The notes under the pieces: model-generated
What the model was told of the DNA's origin: nothing
Database searches by the model: none
The model's input: the letters and a program-made list of their open reading frames with translations, nothing else
Program-made: the position numbers and the translations under genes
Shown: positions 27,103 to 35,934 of the stretch, one piece after another
How the letters are laid out: each line of letters starts with the position of its first letter
Numbering within the stretch: the stretch's first letter is position 1
Source: a virus
Taxonomy: Duplodnaviria; Caudoviricetes
DNA: 64,000 nt
IMG/VR virus record: IMGVR_UViG_642555159_000003
Span: 25,885 to 89,884 of that record
Direction: 5' to 3' (one strand)

Positions 27103-27300
27103 ATGTCGCAATCATTCATTCGTCTTTCTGAAGTCCAGCGCCGTACTGGTTACAGTAAAGCTTGGATCTACCGCTTGATTGGACAGGGTAAATTCCCTTC
27201 CTCTGTCAAAATTGGCTCTCGCGCCATTGCTTTCGTCGAAAGTGAAGTTGATGACTGGATTAACCAGCGCATCGAAGAGTCGCGTAAGGAGGTTGCCTGA
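27103..27300 (+). CDS. alpA: AlpA-family regulator / recombination directionality factor
   Basis: FIRLSEVQRRTGYSKAWIYRLIGQGKFPSSVKIGSRAIAFVESEVDDWINQRI. Confidence 0.95.
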   Translation: MSQSFIRLSEVQRRTGYSKAWIYRLIGQGKFPSSVKIGSRAIAFVESEVDDWINQRIEESRKEVA

Positions 27301-27401
27301 TTCAGAACGCCAAAAATAACTTGCGTGAGTTTGCGGCAAAGCTTTGGCAGTATCGTTTTGTCGCGACAGTCATCAAACTAATTAACGACAGGTAAATAAC
27401 C

Positions 27402-27998
27402 ATGAATAAATTAAATGCCCTCTCCGGGCAGGGACTCACTCAACCTGAAATCGGTCAGGCAGCTATTTCTGCACCTACTATGAGCAGTCTTGAAATGGTC
27501 GATTACATTAATGCAAATCGTAAAGCAAAAGCGGAAGCAGAGGGATTATCGTTCCCATGCAAGAAATACCGCAAGCTATCCCATAAGAACTTTATGCCGA
27601 AAGTGCTGAGGGTGTTGGGTGAAATTCAATCGGCTAAATTTTTAGCCGATTACATTGATGACAAAGGACGTACTCAGCCCTGCTACAACTTCCCTAAACG
27701 TGAAGCTTGCTTAATGGCCATGAGTTACGACTACGAGCTGCAAGCTCAAATCTTCGATTACATGACAGAACTCGAGCGTAACATTAATGGGGATCTCGTC
27801 TACACAATTCAGCAGATGGAAAATATCGTGTCAATTGCTCGAAAAGCATCTGATGAGGATTCGTCGGATGCTGGACGCCGATTACGCCAACGCCAGGATG
27901 ATTTGCCTTTACTCGATAAGGCAGAAAAGCTGGTGAAGGATTTTCGCCAGTTTTCGTTTGAGCTGATTGGTGGCGGGAAAGTCGAGGTATCTGAATGA
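27402..27998 (+). CDS. Rha-family regulator
   Basis: TMSSLEMVDYIN...HKNFMPKV...YIDDKGRTQPCYNFPKREACLMAMSY. Confidence 0.85.
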   Translation: MNKLNALSGQGLTQPEIGQAAISAPTMSSLEMVDYINANRKAKAEAEGLSFPCKKYRKLSHKNFMPKVLRVLGEIQSAKFLADYIDDKGRTQPCYNFPKREACLMAMSYDYELQAQIFDYMTELERNINGDLVYTIQQMENIVSIARKASDEDSSDAGRRLRQRQDDLPLLDKAEKLVKDFRQFSFELIGGGKVEVSE

Positions 27999-28077
27999 GT
28001 AACGTTACTGGCAGCACACCTTATGCGCCCAAAGAAAAAGGCAACGCTGCGAACGTTGCCTTTGGGAACCAGATTGA

Positions 28078-28410
28078 TCACTGGTCGGGATTGTCTTTCG
28101 ATTTTTTGCGCTGCCGGGCTTCCAGTTCGGCATGTGCAATATCGACTATAGCACGAATGTCGGTACCGGCTCTCTCTCCGATTTCTTCAATCTTGGCGAG
28201 CGTCTCAAGCGCCCTGTTTAGCCCGATCTGTAAGCTTTCAGGGCCAGTTGCTGTCGCTTGCCGCCGGGCTACTTCGCCGCGCATCGCTGTAACGATAAAC
28301 CCAGCGTTGCTTTCATCCGGCCTTTTTAATGCTTCCATGCTATCGATTACATCGTGCGGGATACGTATAGATATCTGTTTTGACTTGTCGTTAACGGTAT
28401 TTTTGACCAT
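28078..28410 (-). CDS. Ribbon-helix-helix regulator (YlcI/YnfO-like)
   Basis: SKQISIRIPHDVIDSMEAL...SNAGFIVTAMRGEVARR; divergent from icd operon. Confidence 0.75.
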   Translation of the reverse strand: MVKNTVNDKSKQISIRIPHDVIDSMEALKRPDESNAGFIVTAMRGEVARRQATATGPESLQIGLNRALETLAKIEEIGERAGTDIRAIVDIAHAELEARQRKKSKDNPDQ

Positions 28411-28432
28411 GAGTGTATACCTGATGATTTGG

Positions 28433-28531
28433 TGTGATTCAGTATACACAAAAAATGAATCACAAAAAGGCTTGACATGTGATTCACTAGAAACTAATTT
28501 AAATCACACATCATTGTTATGGTGTGATTCA
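28433..28531. promoter_or_regulatory. Divergent promoter with five TGTGATTCA-type operator boxes
   Basis: TGTGATTCA 28433, 28478, 28523; inverted TGAATCACA 28456, TAAATCACA 28500; TTGACA(28472)-17-TAATTT(28495). Confidence 0.75.
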
Positions 28532-28603
28532 CAAAGGCAACGCCCCGGAGTGCTTGGAACCACTACCGAGGCGTCTAACCACAACGTTAGTTGGAGTAAC
28601 ATT

Positions 28604-28891
28604 ATGGCATGTTCACATGATACCCAAATTCGCCCGGAGTTTACATACCTGTTTCTGGGCACCCCGTCCGATAAACCCAACACCACGCCCGTTGTTCTTC
28701 GTGCGGAAGCCAACAATGAGCAGCAGGCACGTTCTCATTTTCTGAACTGGAATCTGGTATTTGCCGCGCAGATCCGCACTAAGGCTCCATGCCGTCTCCA
28801 GTTGATGGACGGTGGCGATCGCCTTTCCTGGATTTTTGAGCAACTTCCCGATGTCTGCACCTCCGCTGTTCAGGAGGTGGCGTATGTCTGA
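28604..28891 (+). CDS. Icd-like host cell division inhibitor
   Basis: FTYLFLG...VLRAEANNEQQARSHF..WNLVFAAQIR pattern; GGAG RBS. Confidence 0.75.
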   Translation: MACSHDTQIRPEFTYLFLGTPSDKPNTTPVVLRAEANNEQQARSHFLNWNLVFAAQIRTKAPCRLQLMDGGDRLSWIFEQLPDVCTSAVQEVAYV

Positions 28892-29045
28892 ACTCACCAG
28901 AACTGATGCGCTTATCGAAATTGAGGCACTGGCGTGCGCGGCACAGTTTCTGACTGATACGCCAGCAAGGATTGAACTGGCAGGCGCTCTTATGTCGCAG
29001 ATTGAGGAAACCGCTAAAAAAGCGCAGGAGGCCAGCGATGACTGA
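28884..29045 (+). CDS. Small hypothetical protein (53 aa)
   Basis: GGAGG RBS, overlapping stop/start. Confidence 0.65.
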   Translation: MSELTRTDALIEIEALACAAQFLTDTPARIELAGALMSQIEETAKKAQEASDD

Positions 29046-29436
29046 CATTCTCGAAATTATCCGTCCGCACGTTCATCTGGAGCGCCAGGGAAAAAATTAC
29101 GTCGGTCTTTGCCCGTTTCATCAGGAGAAAACGCCGTCATTCACAGTTGATCCGTCAGAACAGACTTTTTGCTGTCTGGGTTGCGGTGCCCACGGTGATG
29201 CCGGGGAGTTTGCAAAACTGATGCTGATGAAAGGAGCAGGTGCGGTTCTGAATGTAAACCTTCATGTCGCCCCGAATTTCACTGGTCGCGTTGTCGTTCA
29301 GCTTAAAGAGGGTCGCCATGTATGCGATTACCCGCTGGTGAATGGTGAGCATATCGCAACGCTGCCGTCATTTCTGGAAATGGCTCGCCTGGCTTGGTGG
29401 TCTGTCACACCTGAACAGGGGGTATGCAATGCGTAA
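29038..29436 (+). CDS. CHC2 (DnaG-type) zinc-finger protein with extra C-terminal domain
   Basis: GLCPFHQEKTPSFTV...FCCLGCGAHGDA. Confidence 0.85.
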   Translation: MTDILEIIRPHVHLERQGKNYVGLCPFHQEKTPSFTVDPSEQTFCCLGCGAHGDAGEFAKLMLMKGAGAVLNVNLHVAPNFTGRVVVQLKEGRHVCDYPLVNGEHIATLPSFLEMARLAWWSVTPEQGVCNA

Positions 29437-29599
29437 CACTAAAGTACTCGATGCTTTCAACGCACTGAACAAAATTCAGGCTCTTGCAGCCGCCGCAGGG
29501 TTCCTTACTTCCAGTGAGGAAGAAGAGGAAATGTGTTTCAGGCTGGTGGATCTCATAGAACAGATAGCCCGTGAAGCAGGGGAGGCTGACAATGGATAA
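29429..29599 (+). CDS. Small hypothetical protein (56 aa)
   Basis: Translationally coupled series of short helical ORFs. Confidence 0.6.
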   Translation: MRNTKVLDAFNALNKIQALAAAAGFLTSSEEEEEMCFRLVDLIEQIAREAGEADNG

Positions 29600-29819
29600 G
29601 CCACGCATTTACCGCACTGATGATGATGTGTTGCTGAATCTGCAACGCTCACTGGATCTGATGAACTGCGCCATACGCATTCTCGGTTCCGGGGAGAAAA
29701 ATATGCAGATGTACGTGATGTCTCTCGTTGACGTTGCAGCCCATCTGACACAGCAATCAACAAATTCTCTCGATTTGGGTGAGCAGGCAGATAACGAACA
29801 TGGGGTGTGCAATGGCTGA
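29592..29819 (+). CDS. Small hypothetical protein (75 aa)
   Basis: GGAGG RBS, overlapping stop/start. Confidence 0.6.
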   Translation: MDKPRIYRTDDDVLLNLQRSLDLMNCAIRILGSGEKNMQMYVMSLVDVAAHLTQQSTNSLDLGEQADNEHGVCNG

Positions 29820-30120
29820 TAAAACCAACCTGATTACATCGGGTGGCGTAGTGACACATATGGGTACTAACCAGGAGCTGGCTATTGACTCAGATACATT
29901 ACTGCAAATGGTCAATGAAGCTCGCAAGGAATGCGGCGAAAAACCAATCCGCAATAACGATTTCATCGCTCGTATCAAAGACGAGTTGGAGGGAGAGGAC
30001 TACGAAATTTTCGTGGTTCAAAATTTGAACAATACCACCTCCGGAAAAGCAGTTATGCGCGTGAGTCAGGCTATCCGCGTTGTCGCTCGGTCGAAAGTTG
30101 TTCTTCGTTCACTGACTTGA
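29812..30120 (+). CDS. Probably truncated antirepressor-type N-terminal domain
   Basis: IDSDTLLQMVNEARKECGE...RNNDFIARIKDELEGE; ends shortly after the conserved helix. Confidence 0.55.
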   Translation: MADKTNLITSGGVVTHMGTNQELAIDSDTLLQMVNEARKECGEKPIRNNDFIARIKDELEGEDYEIFVVQNLNNTTSGKAVMRVSQAIRVVARSKVVLRSLT

Positions 30121-30130
30121 GGAAAGAGTT

Positions 30131-30925
30131 ATGGCTATGAAAACTGAATTAGCAACGGTAGCAGCACGTGATTTACAGATCATTGAGTATCGCGGCCAAC
30201 GAGTAGTGACGAACGAGCAGCTTGCAGCAGGATACGGCACTGATGTCGCCAACATCAAAATGAACTATTCGCGCAACGCCGATCGCTTTGTAGAAGGAAA
30301 ACACTTCTTCAAAGTTACCGGCGAAGAGTTAGCAAATTTGCGAGTAACTTTTAGTTACCTGCAAATTTCCAGCAAAACCCGCTCTCTTATGTTGTGGACA
30401 GAACGCGGCGCGGCGAACCACGCAAAGATGCTGGAAACCGATCAGGCGTGGAGCTACCACGAAGACCTGGTGGAATTCTACTTCACTCAGCGTGATGCGA
30501 TTGCCGCGCCAGTACAACGCGAACTTTCCACAATGGAAATCCTGCAGATTGCTATGGCATCTGAACAAGGTCGCCTGGCGGCAGAAGAACGCGCCAAAAA
30601 CGCAGAACGTACCAAATCACAAATCAGCCGTAAGCGCGAAGCCTCGGCACTCGGAAAGCTCAGTGCTGCAACCCGCCGTTGTCGTGATCTGGAAGAACGT
30701 CTGGGAGAAAGTGAAAAACATGCAACGATTACCCGTGTAGAGAAGGCTACAGGTAAGAAAGGGAAATACAACTATGTCCTGCTGCGACGGTGGTGCAAGG
30801 AAAACGGTATGCATCCCCGTGATGTTCCGGATGAGCGTTACGGCAGCGTTAAGTCCTGGCCCGCTGAAGCATGGCTGGCTGTTTACGGGACTGACCTGAA
30901 AAAACTGGCCGGAGGTAATCTATGA
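30131..30925 (+). CDS. ORF6N-domain protein
   Basis: IEYRGQRVVTNEQLAAGYGT...FVEGKHFF...LWTERGAANHAKMLETDQAW. Confidence 0.85.
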   Translation: MAMKTELATVAARDLQIIEYRGQRVVTNEQLAAGYGTDVANIKMNYSRNADRFVEGKHFFKVTGEELANLRVTFSYLQISSKTRSLMLWTERGAANHAKMLETDQAWSYHEDLVEFYFTQRDAIAAPVQRELSTMEILQIAMASEQGRLAAEERAKNAERTKSQISRKREASALGKLSAATRRCRDLEERLGESEKHATITRVEKATGKKGKYNYVLLRRWCKENGMHPRDVPDERYGSVKSWPAEAWLAVYGTDLKKLAGGNL

Positions 30926-31227
30926 GCAATATAGAACAAATTCTTTCCCGCTGTGATTTACAGAAGGAAGATGATGAATCCCTGGCCAGTATCCGCATGC
31001 ACTCCGAAGGCGCATACGAGGGGATTATGTCGGGGCTGGGGGCCATTGGTAATGCTGTGTTCTGGGCCTGTGATAATAAAAATTACACCGACGATATGGC
31101 GCGTGATGATTTGTATCGTCTGGGTGAAATGCTGATGTATTTACCCGGTATAGCTTTCGCGCTGAAATTTAATGCAGATGAGGCTGACTTCAGTATTAAC
31201 GAACGAAGGCGGAAGTCAGGAAAATAA
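30922..31227 (+). CDS. Hypothetical satellite protein
   Basis: GGAGG RBS, ATGA overlap. Confidence 0.7.
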   Translation: MSNIEQILSRCDLQKEDDESLASIRMHSEGAYEGIMSGLGAIGNAVFWACDNKNYTDDMARDDLYRLGEMLMYLPGIAFALKFNADEADFSINERRRKSGK

Positions 31228-31316
31228 TTAAGACGTAAATAAACCTTATTCATTCTGGAATTAACGGCTATCGGGTCGGGGTAATGCTCGCCCTGATGGC
31301 AGGAGAAACCGTATTT

Positions 31317-31700
31317 ATGACCCGGAAAACGCATAGTCTCGAAATAAACCGCAAGCATATTGCTGATGCCTTTATTAATTATTGCCGCTTGCGTAACAGC
31401 GGTTCGGCGATTCTTAACCTGATGGTAAAAAAACAGGTTGTGGCACTGGATAACCTGACTGTGGCCGCAGTGGAGAACTGCCTCATCCACAGTATTGAGT
31501 TGCAGTGTTTCAGTAAGCTCGGGCGTGACAGGGGACTGCCCATGCTGGTGGAAACCTACTCAGGCATGATGACCAAAGATAACAGTCGTCTGACACCGGA
31601 AGGTGTGGAGTTTATGAATGAAGTCATGACAGCAGCAATCACAGCAGCACTTGCTAATCCGAAAGATAATAATTTTGGTCTGGAGATTTATCATGCGTAA
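31317..31700 (+). CDS. Hypothetical satellite protein
   Basis: AGGAG RBS; in pre-primase operon. Confidence 0.65.
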   Translation: MTRKTHSLEINRKHIADAFINYCRLRNSGSAILNLMVKKQVVALDNLTVAAVENCLIHSIELQCFSKLGRDRGLPMLVETYSGMMTKDNSRLTPEGVEFMNEVMTAAITAALANPKDNNFGLEIYHA

Positions 31701-32340
31701 TACACAATTAAATCAATTTTCGGCTGAATGTAACCAGACAGATAAATATATTCGTATAAATCTCCTGGAAGCAGAAAAAAACTTTGTGCTTTATTTCCAT
31801 CGTCAACAGAATGAAAGCGACAAAATAGCTCCTGATGAAGCTATTCAGAAACTCGAAAGTGGGGAGTATGACGCCGATTTAGTTGAGGGACTGCGTCTGG
31901 TTGCAGCCCTGTGGCACGGTATGCACACCGGATGTTTTATGCTGTCAGATGAGCAAAACCTTGTGCTCTGGCGCTGGACGGTGGCTGCTGTGTATGTCTG
32001 TGAGATGCTCGATACAAACGGAGCCGTCGAAGTGAAAAATGAGCAGGGAGAACCTGAGGAGGTCGCCGTTTATAGCGGAGAGCATGGCGGTATTGTTATT
32101 TATCCGTGGTCGGAGCGTTTTTCCCTGGCAAATCATGTCGAGGGGCTGGCATATGAAATGTTTCCTGTGAATAAAGCACCGGAAATAGCATCGGCTATCT
32201 ATCGAAGTATGCTCGAAATCAGCTCAGAAACAGGTATCGGTATGTCTGAAGAGGGGCTTAAAGGCCTGGCGCTTCTTCACGACAGTTTCATTGAAACGCT
32301 GAAGACGGAAGGCATTCCGGCGGCGCCAGTCGCACACTGA
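31693..32340 (+). CDS. Hypothetical satellite protein preceding replicase
   Basis: GGAG RBS; 215 aa. Confidence 0.7.
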   Translation: MRNTQLNQFSAECNQTDKYIRINLLEAEKNFVLYFHRQQNESDKIAPDEAIQKLESGEYDADLVEGLRLVAALWHGMHTGCFMLSDEQNLVLWRWTVAAVYVCEMLDTNGAVEVKNEQGEPEEVAVYSGEHGGIVIYPWSERFSLANHVEGLAYEMFPVNKAPEIASAIYRSMLEISSETGIGMSEEGLKGLALLHDSFIETLKTEGIPAAPVAH

Positions 32341-32349
32341 GGGGTTACG

Positions 32350-34491
32350 ATGAAAAAAGCACCTAATTTTAAGCACCTGCCAGCGGATAAATTTACTGAG
32401 GCCATTATTTTTGCCGGTTCTGAGGCATACGCTCACGCTAAAGGCTGGGAAGAAGGAATGGGCAGGCAGGTGGCCTGTGACTCAACGCCTCCGGTTTATC
32501 TTGGCACGAAGCAACTCCAGGAACTGAAGAGCCTGAGAATTGTTGATGACGGGCGCAGGAGTGCCCGTGTCTATCTGGCCGGAGTTATCAGCCCGGTCAT
32601 GATTAATGCAATTGCAGAAAAGCTGGCGCTGGCAGGAGTGCAGGATGCGAAATTATACAAGGGGATACCGGACAGACAGCCGGAGGACTGGCGGGACTAT
32701 CTTGCACGGTTGCGTGAGCAGGCAGAACGCGGAGAGAACATGATCCTGCAGCTTCCCTCGTTCAGAAAAGTCCCGGTGGAAGAAACTGATGATGAACTTA
32801 AGCCACGAGTCGAAAGTCGTGATGATGGTGTCTTCTGGGTGACGCCGAAAGTCGATAAGGAAAGCGGCGAAATTATCAGTAACGAGAGCTGGCTGTGTTC
32901 TCCGCTGGATGTTGTGAGTATTGGTAGCGACGGCAGGGATCGTTATCTGATTCTGCGCTGGCAGCCGGAGGGCGAAAAGCTCCCTGTTATCCGCGCGGTT
33001 CCGCTGGCCGATATCGGCGAACGGGAGGGCTGGCGAACCCTCAAGGCCGGAGGGGTGAATGTCACTACCAAAAGTAACCTGCGGGCGATTCTGGCTGACT
33101 GGTTACAGCGAAACGGGCACGGCCAGTTATGGCAGGTTGCCCACACCACTGGCTGGCAGTGTGGTGCTTATATCATGCCGGATGGCGAAATCATCGGGAA
33201 GCCTGAACATCCGGTGCTCTTTAACGGGAGAAGTTCAGCCGCCGCCGGGTACACCGTGAAAGGGGATGTAGAAAGCTGGCGCAAAAGTGTGGCGGCTCTT
33301 GCGAACGGTAACTGGTCAATGATGACGGCTGCTGCGGCTGCGCTGGCTGCCCCATTAATCGGATTGACGGGCGCAGATGGTTTTGGCCTGCATTTCTATG
33401 AACAGTCCAGCGCGGGCAAAACCACCACAGCCAACGTTGCCTCCAGTTTGTATGGCAATCCGGATGTGTTACGCCTGACCTGGTACGGAACGGCACTGGG
33501 GCTGGCAAATGAAGCTGCGGCTCACAATGATGCTCTCATGCCGCTGGATGAAATAGGCCAGGGGGCCGATCCGGTCGAGGTCTGGAAATCAGCGTATGCG
33601 CTGTTCAACGGAACCGGAAAACTACAGGGGGCGAAGGAAGGCGGCAACCGCGAACTTAAACGCTGGCGTACAGTGGCAGTCAGTACCGGAGAGGTTGATA
33701 TGGAAACCTTTGTGGCGGGGGCGGGCCGCAAGGCAAAGGCAGGACAACTGGTGCGTCTGCTCAATATTCCCATGAGCCGCGCCGTGGTTTTCCATGGGTA
33801 CAAAAATGGCAAGCAACATGCTGATGCCATTAAGGATGCGTATCAGAACAACTATGGTGCCGCGGGGCGGGAGTGGATCAGGTGGCTTGCAGAACATCGG
33901 GAAGACGCCGTTGCAGCCGTCAGGACAGCGGAAGAACGATGGCGCAATCTTGTCCCGTCAGATTATGGCGAACAGGTCCACCGTGTGGCTTCCCGCTTTG
34001 CTGTTCTTGAAGCTGCATTGCTGCTCGGAAAGGTGATTACCGGATGGGATGAACAGAGTTGCCGGGATGCCATTCAGCACAGTTACAACGCGTGGATTGG
34101 TGTGTTTGGTACCGGCAATAAAGAAATTGAGCAGATTATTGAACAGGCGGTGAGCTTTCTGAGCACCTTCGGTATGCGACGGTTTGCCCCACTGCCCTAT
34201 GACGAGCAAAGCCTGCCGATAAACGAGCTTGCCGGATACCGGAGCAAAGGGAATCACAGTGATGATCCTGTGCTGTTTTATGTATTACCCACCGTGTTCA
34301 GGACTGAAGTTGCAAGGGGATTCGACAGCGGTCAGTTTGCCAGCACTCTGTGTGAGGCAGGGATACTGAAAAAATCACCGAGTGATAAAGGATATCAGAC
34401 GCTTACCCCCCGGCTCCGGCATATGGGGAATATCCGTCTGCGTTCGTATTTACTGGTTCAGCTTGATGAAAGTGAAGGAGCAGAACAATGA
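32350..34491 (+). CDS. DUF927-type replication helicase/primase
   Basis: GLHFYEQSSAGKTT Walker A-like, MPLDEIG Walker B-like, GQLVRLLNIP; 713 aa. Confidence 0.85.
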   Translation: MKKAPNFKHLPADKFTEAIIFAGSEAYAHAKGWEEGMGRQVACDSTPPVYLGTKQLQELKSLRIVDDGRRSARVYLAGVISPVMINAIAEKLALAGVQDAKLYKGIPDRQPEDWRDYLARLREQAERGENMILQLPSFRKVPVEETDDELKPRVESRDDGVFWVTPKVDKESGEIISNESWLCSPLDVVSIGSDGRDRYLILRWQPEGEKLPVIRAVPLADIGEREGWRTLKAGGVNVTTKSNLRAILADWLQRNGHGQLWQVAHTTGWQCGAYIMPDGEIIGKPEHPVLFNGRSSAAAGYTVKGDVESWRKSVAALANGNWSMMTAAAAALAAPLIGLTGADGFGLHFYEQSSAGKTTTANVASSLYGNPDVLRLTWYGTALGLANEAAAHNDALMPLDEIGQGADPVEVWKSAYALFNGTGKLQGAKEGGNRELKRWRTVAVSTGEVDMETFVAGAGRKAKAGQLVRLLNIPMSRAVVFHGYKNGKQHADAIKDAYQNNYGAAGREWIRWLAEHREDAVAAVRTAEERWRNLVPSDYGEQVHRVASRFAVLEAALLLGKVITGWDEQSCRDAIQHSYNAWIGVFGTGNKEIEQIIEQAVSFLSTFGMRRFAPLPYDEQSLPINELAGYRSKGNHSDDPVLFYVLPTVFRTEVARGFDSGQFASTLCEAGILKKSPSDKGYQTLTPRLRHMGNIRLRSYLLVQLDESEGAEQ

Positions 34492-34883
34492 CAGCACATA
34501 TTGCAGCACATGGGCGGCTGGTGGTTGATGTTCAGAGCAAAACTATCAGCAACGGTAAAAGCATGGCATTTACCCGACTGGCAGTAGCGCTTCCCTGCCG
34601 GGATACAGAAAATGGTGAACTCACTTTCTGGCTGGCAGTGACGGCTTTTGGCAGGCAGGCGGAGTACCTGCTGAAACACCAGAAGGGCGACCTGATTAGT
34701 GTTTCCGGCAATATGCAGGCCAGCCAGTGGAAGGGAAATAATGGTGTTATGCAGACCGGCTATCAGATGGTGGCGGATTCGGTGATCAGTGCGAAAACGG
34801 TACGGCCCGGAGGTAACAGGAGGAAAATTTCCGGCGGGCAGCCAGCGCCGCAGGATGATTTTTCGGATGACGTGCCTTTCTGA
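34488..34883 (+). CDS. ssb: Single-stranded DNA-binding protein
   Basis: OB-fold pattern (KGDLISVSGNM) and acidic C-terminal DDFSDDVPF. Confidence 0.9.
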   Translation: MTAHIAAHGRLVVDVQSKTISNGKSMAFTRLAVALPCRDTENGELTFWLAVTAFGRQAEYLLKHQKGDLISVSGNMQASQWKGNNGVMQTGYQMVADSVISAKTVRPGGNRRKISGGQPAPQDDFSDDVPF

Positions 34884-34920
34884 TAACTGGAGGGCGGGGA
34901 AACCCGCCTGAATACCGGGT

Positions 34921-35841
34921 GTGCAAATGAATAAAGAAATGAAAGAGAACATTATCAGACTGAAACGCAGTGGTATGGGTTATAAAGCTATTTCGCGTGA
35001 AACGGAAATAAACATCAATACGGTAAAAAGTATCTGCCGCCGTTCAGGGTTATTCTGTGATAACCCTGAACACAGGGCGCTTTTCACGATACCGGAACCG
35101 AAATACAGCACTGAACTGGCGACGATTAAACCTCTGCCACCGCAACAGGTTATTACCGGGCATAAACAGACGGATGCTTATCTTTGGGTTCTGGAGGTTA
35201 TCAAAACAGGTGAGCCTGCCCACATTGCCGCAGCGGAAACTGCGCTGTCCAGGCTGATGATTACGCCCAAAGAGGCACAGGAACGGTATACGCGATACCT
35301 GCAACAGAACGGTGCTGGCTGGACTTCAGTGTTTTCGACAATGTGGCTTGATAACCCGCAACACTTTATCAGTAAAGCAAGATTGCAGCGGGAGAAAGCC
35401 GCCAGGGTTCGTGGTGCCTTCGGTAGCCATGAGGCCGTTTTTGAACCCGTACCGGCAGAATGCCTGATTGAGTCCAGGTATGGATCTTATCGGGAGATTT
35501 ACTGCGATTACATGCAGGAAGGCGACGGAGAGTTTATTTACACGGATGTGCTGCCAGCGCCTTATACCCTCAGTGATGTTGTTCGGGAATATCAGTACTG
35601 GGACTGGTTGTCGCAGATGCGAGTCGCGGCCCACAGAGAGTTGTACCCTGAAGACAATCCGTGGGAAAACTCACATCTCTGGCACAGGGAAAACTGGCTA
35701 GAGAAACAGCTGGAAAATATCAGGCCGGTTAGCCGTGGGGAGGCGCTGGACGTTCTTAAATGGTATCTGGAGAGTGAAAATTTTGCGGATATGGGCAGGC
35801 GTCAGGATGGCGTGTATCTGAACCTGATTGGCTCTCATTAG
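34921..35841 (+). CDS. N-terminal helix-turn-helix protein, unknown function
   Basis: IIRLKRSGMGYKAISRETEININTVKSICRR HTH; 306 aa. Confidence 0.7.
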   Translation: MQMNKEMKENIIRLKRSGMGYKAISRETEININTVKSICRRSGLFCDNPEHRALFTIPEPKYSTELATIKPLPPQQVITGHKQTDAYLWVLEVIKTGEPAHIAAAETALSRLMITPKEAQERYTRYLQQNGAGWTSVFSTMWLDNPQHFISKARLQREKAARVRGAFGSHEAVFEPVPAECLIESRYGSYREIYCDYMQEGDGEFIYTDVLPAPYTLSDVVREYQYWDWLSQMRVAAHRELYPEDNPWENSHLWHRENWLEKQLENIRPVSRGEALDVLKWYLESENFADMGRRQDGVYLNLIGSH

Positions 35842-35934
35842 GGGGATTAGTATCATTGCGTTTATTGCATCGAAATGGATGTATATTGCAATAAGTGAGA
35901 TAATAAATGCATCCCACTTCCGGAGGAAATCATT

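Noticed and set aside
27995-28603. 5' extension of the 298-aa ORF 27995..28891
   Set aside because: Overlaps the RHH gene antisense and the promoter/operator region; RBS and Icd-like motif begin at 28604.
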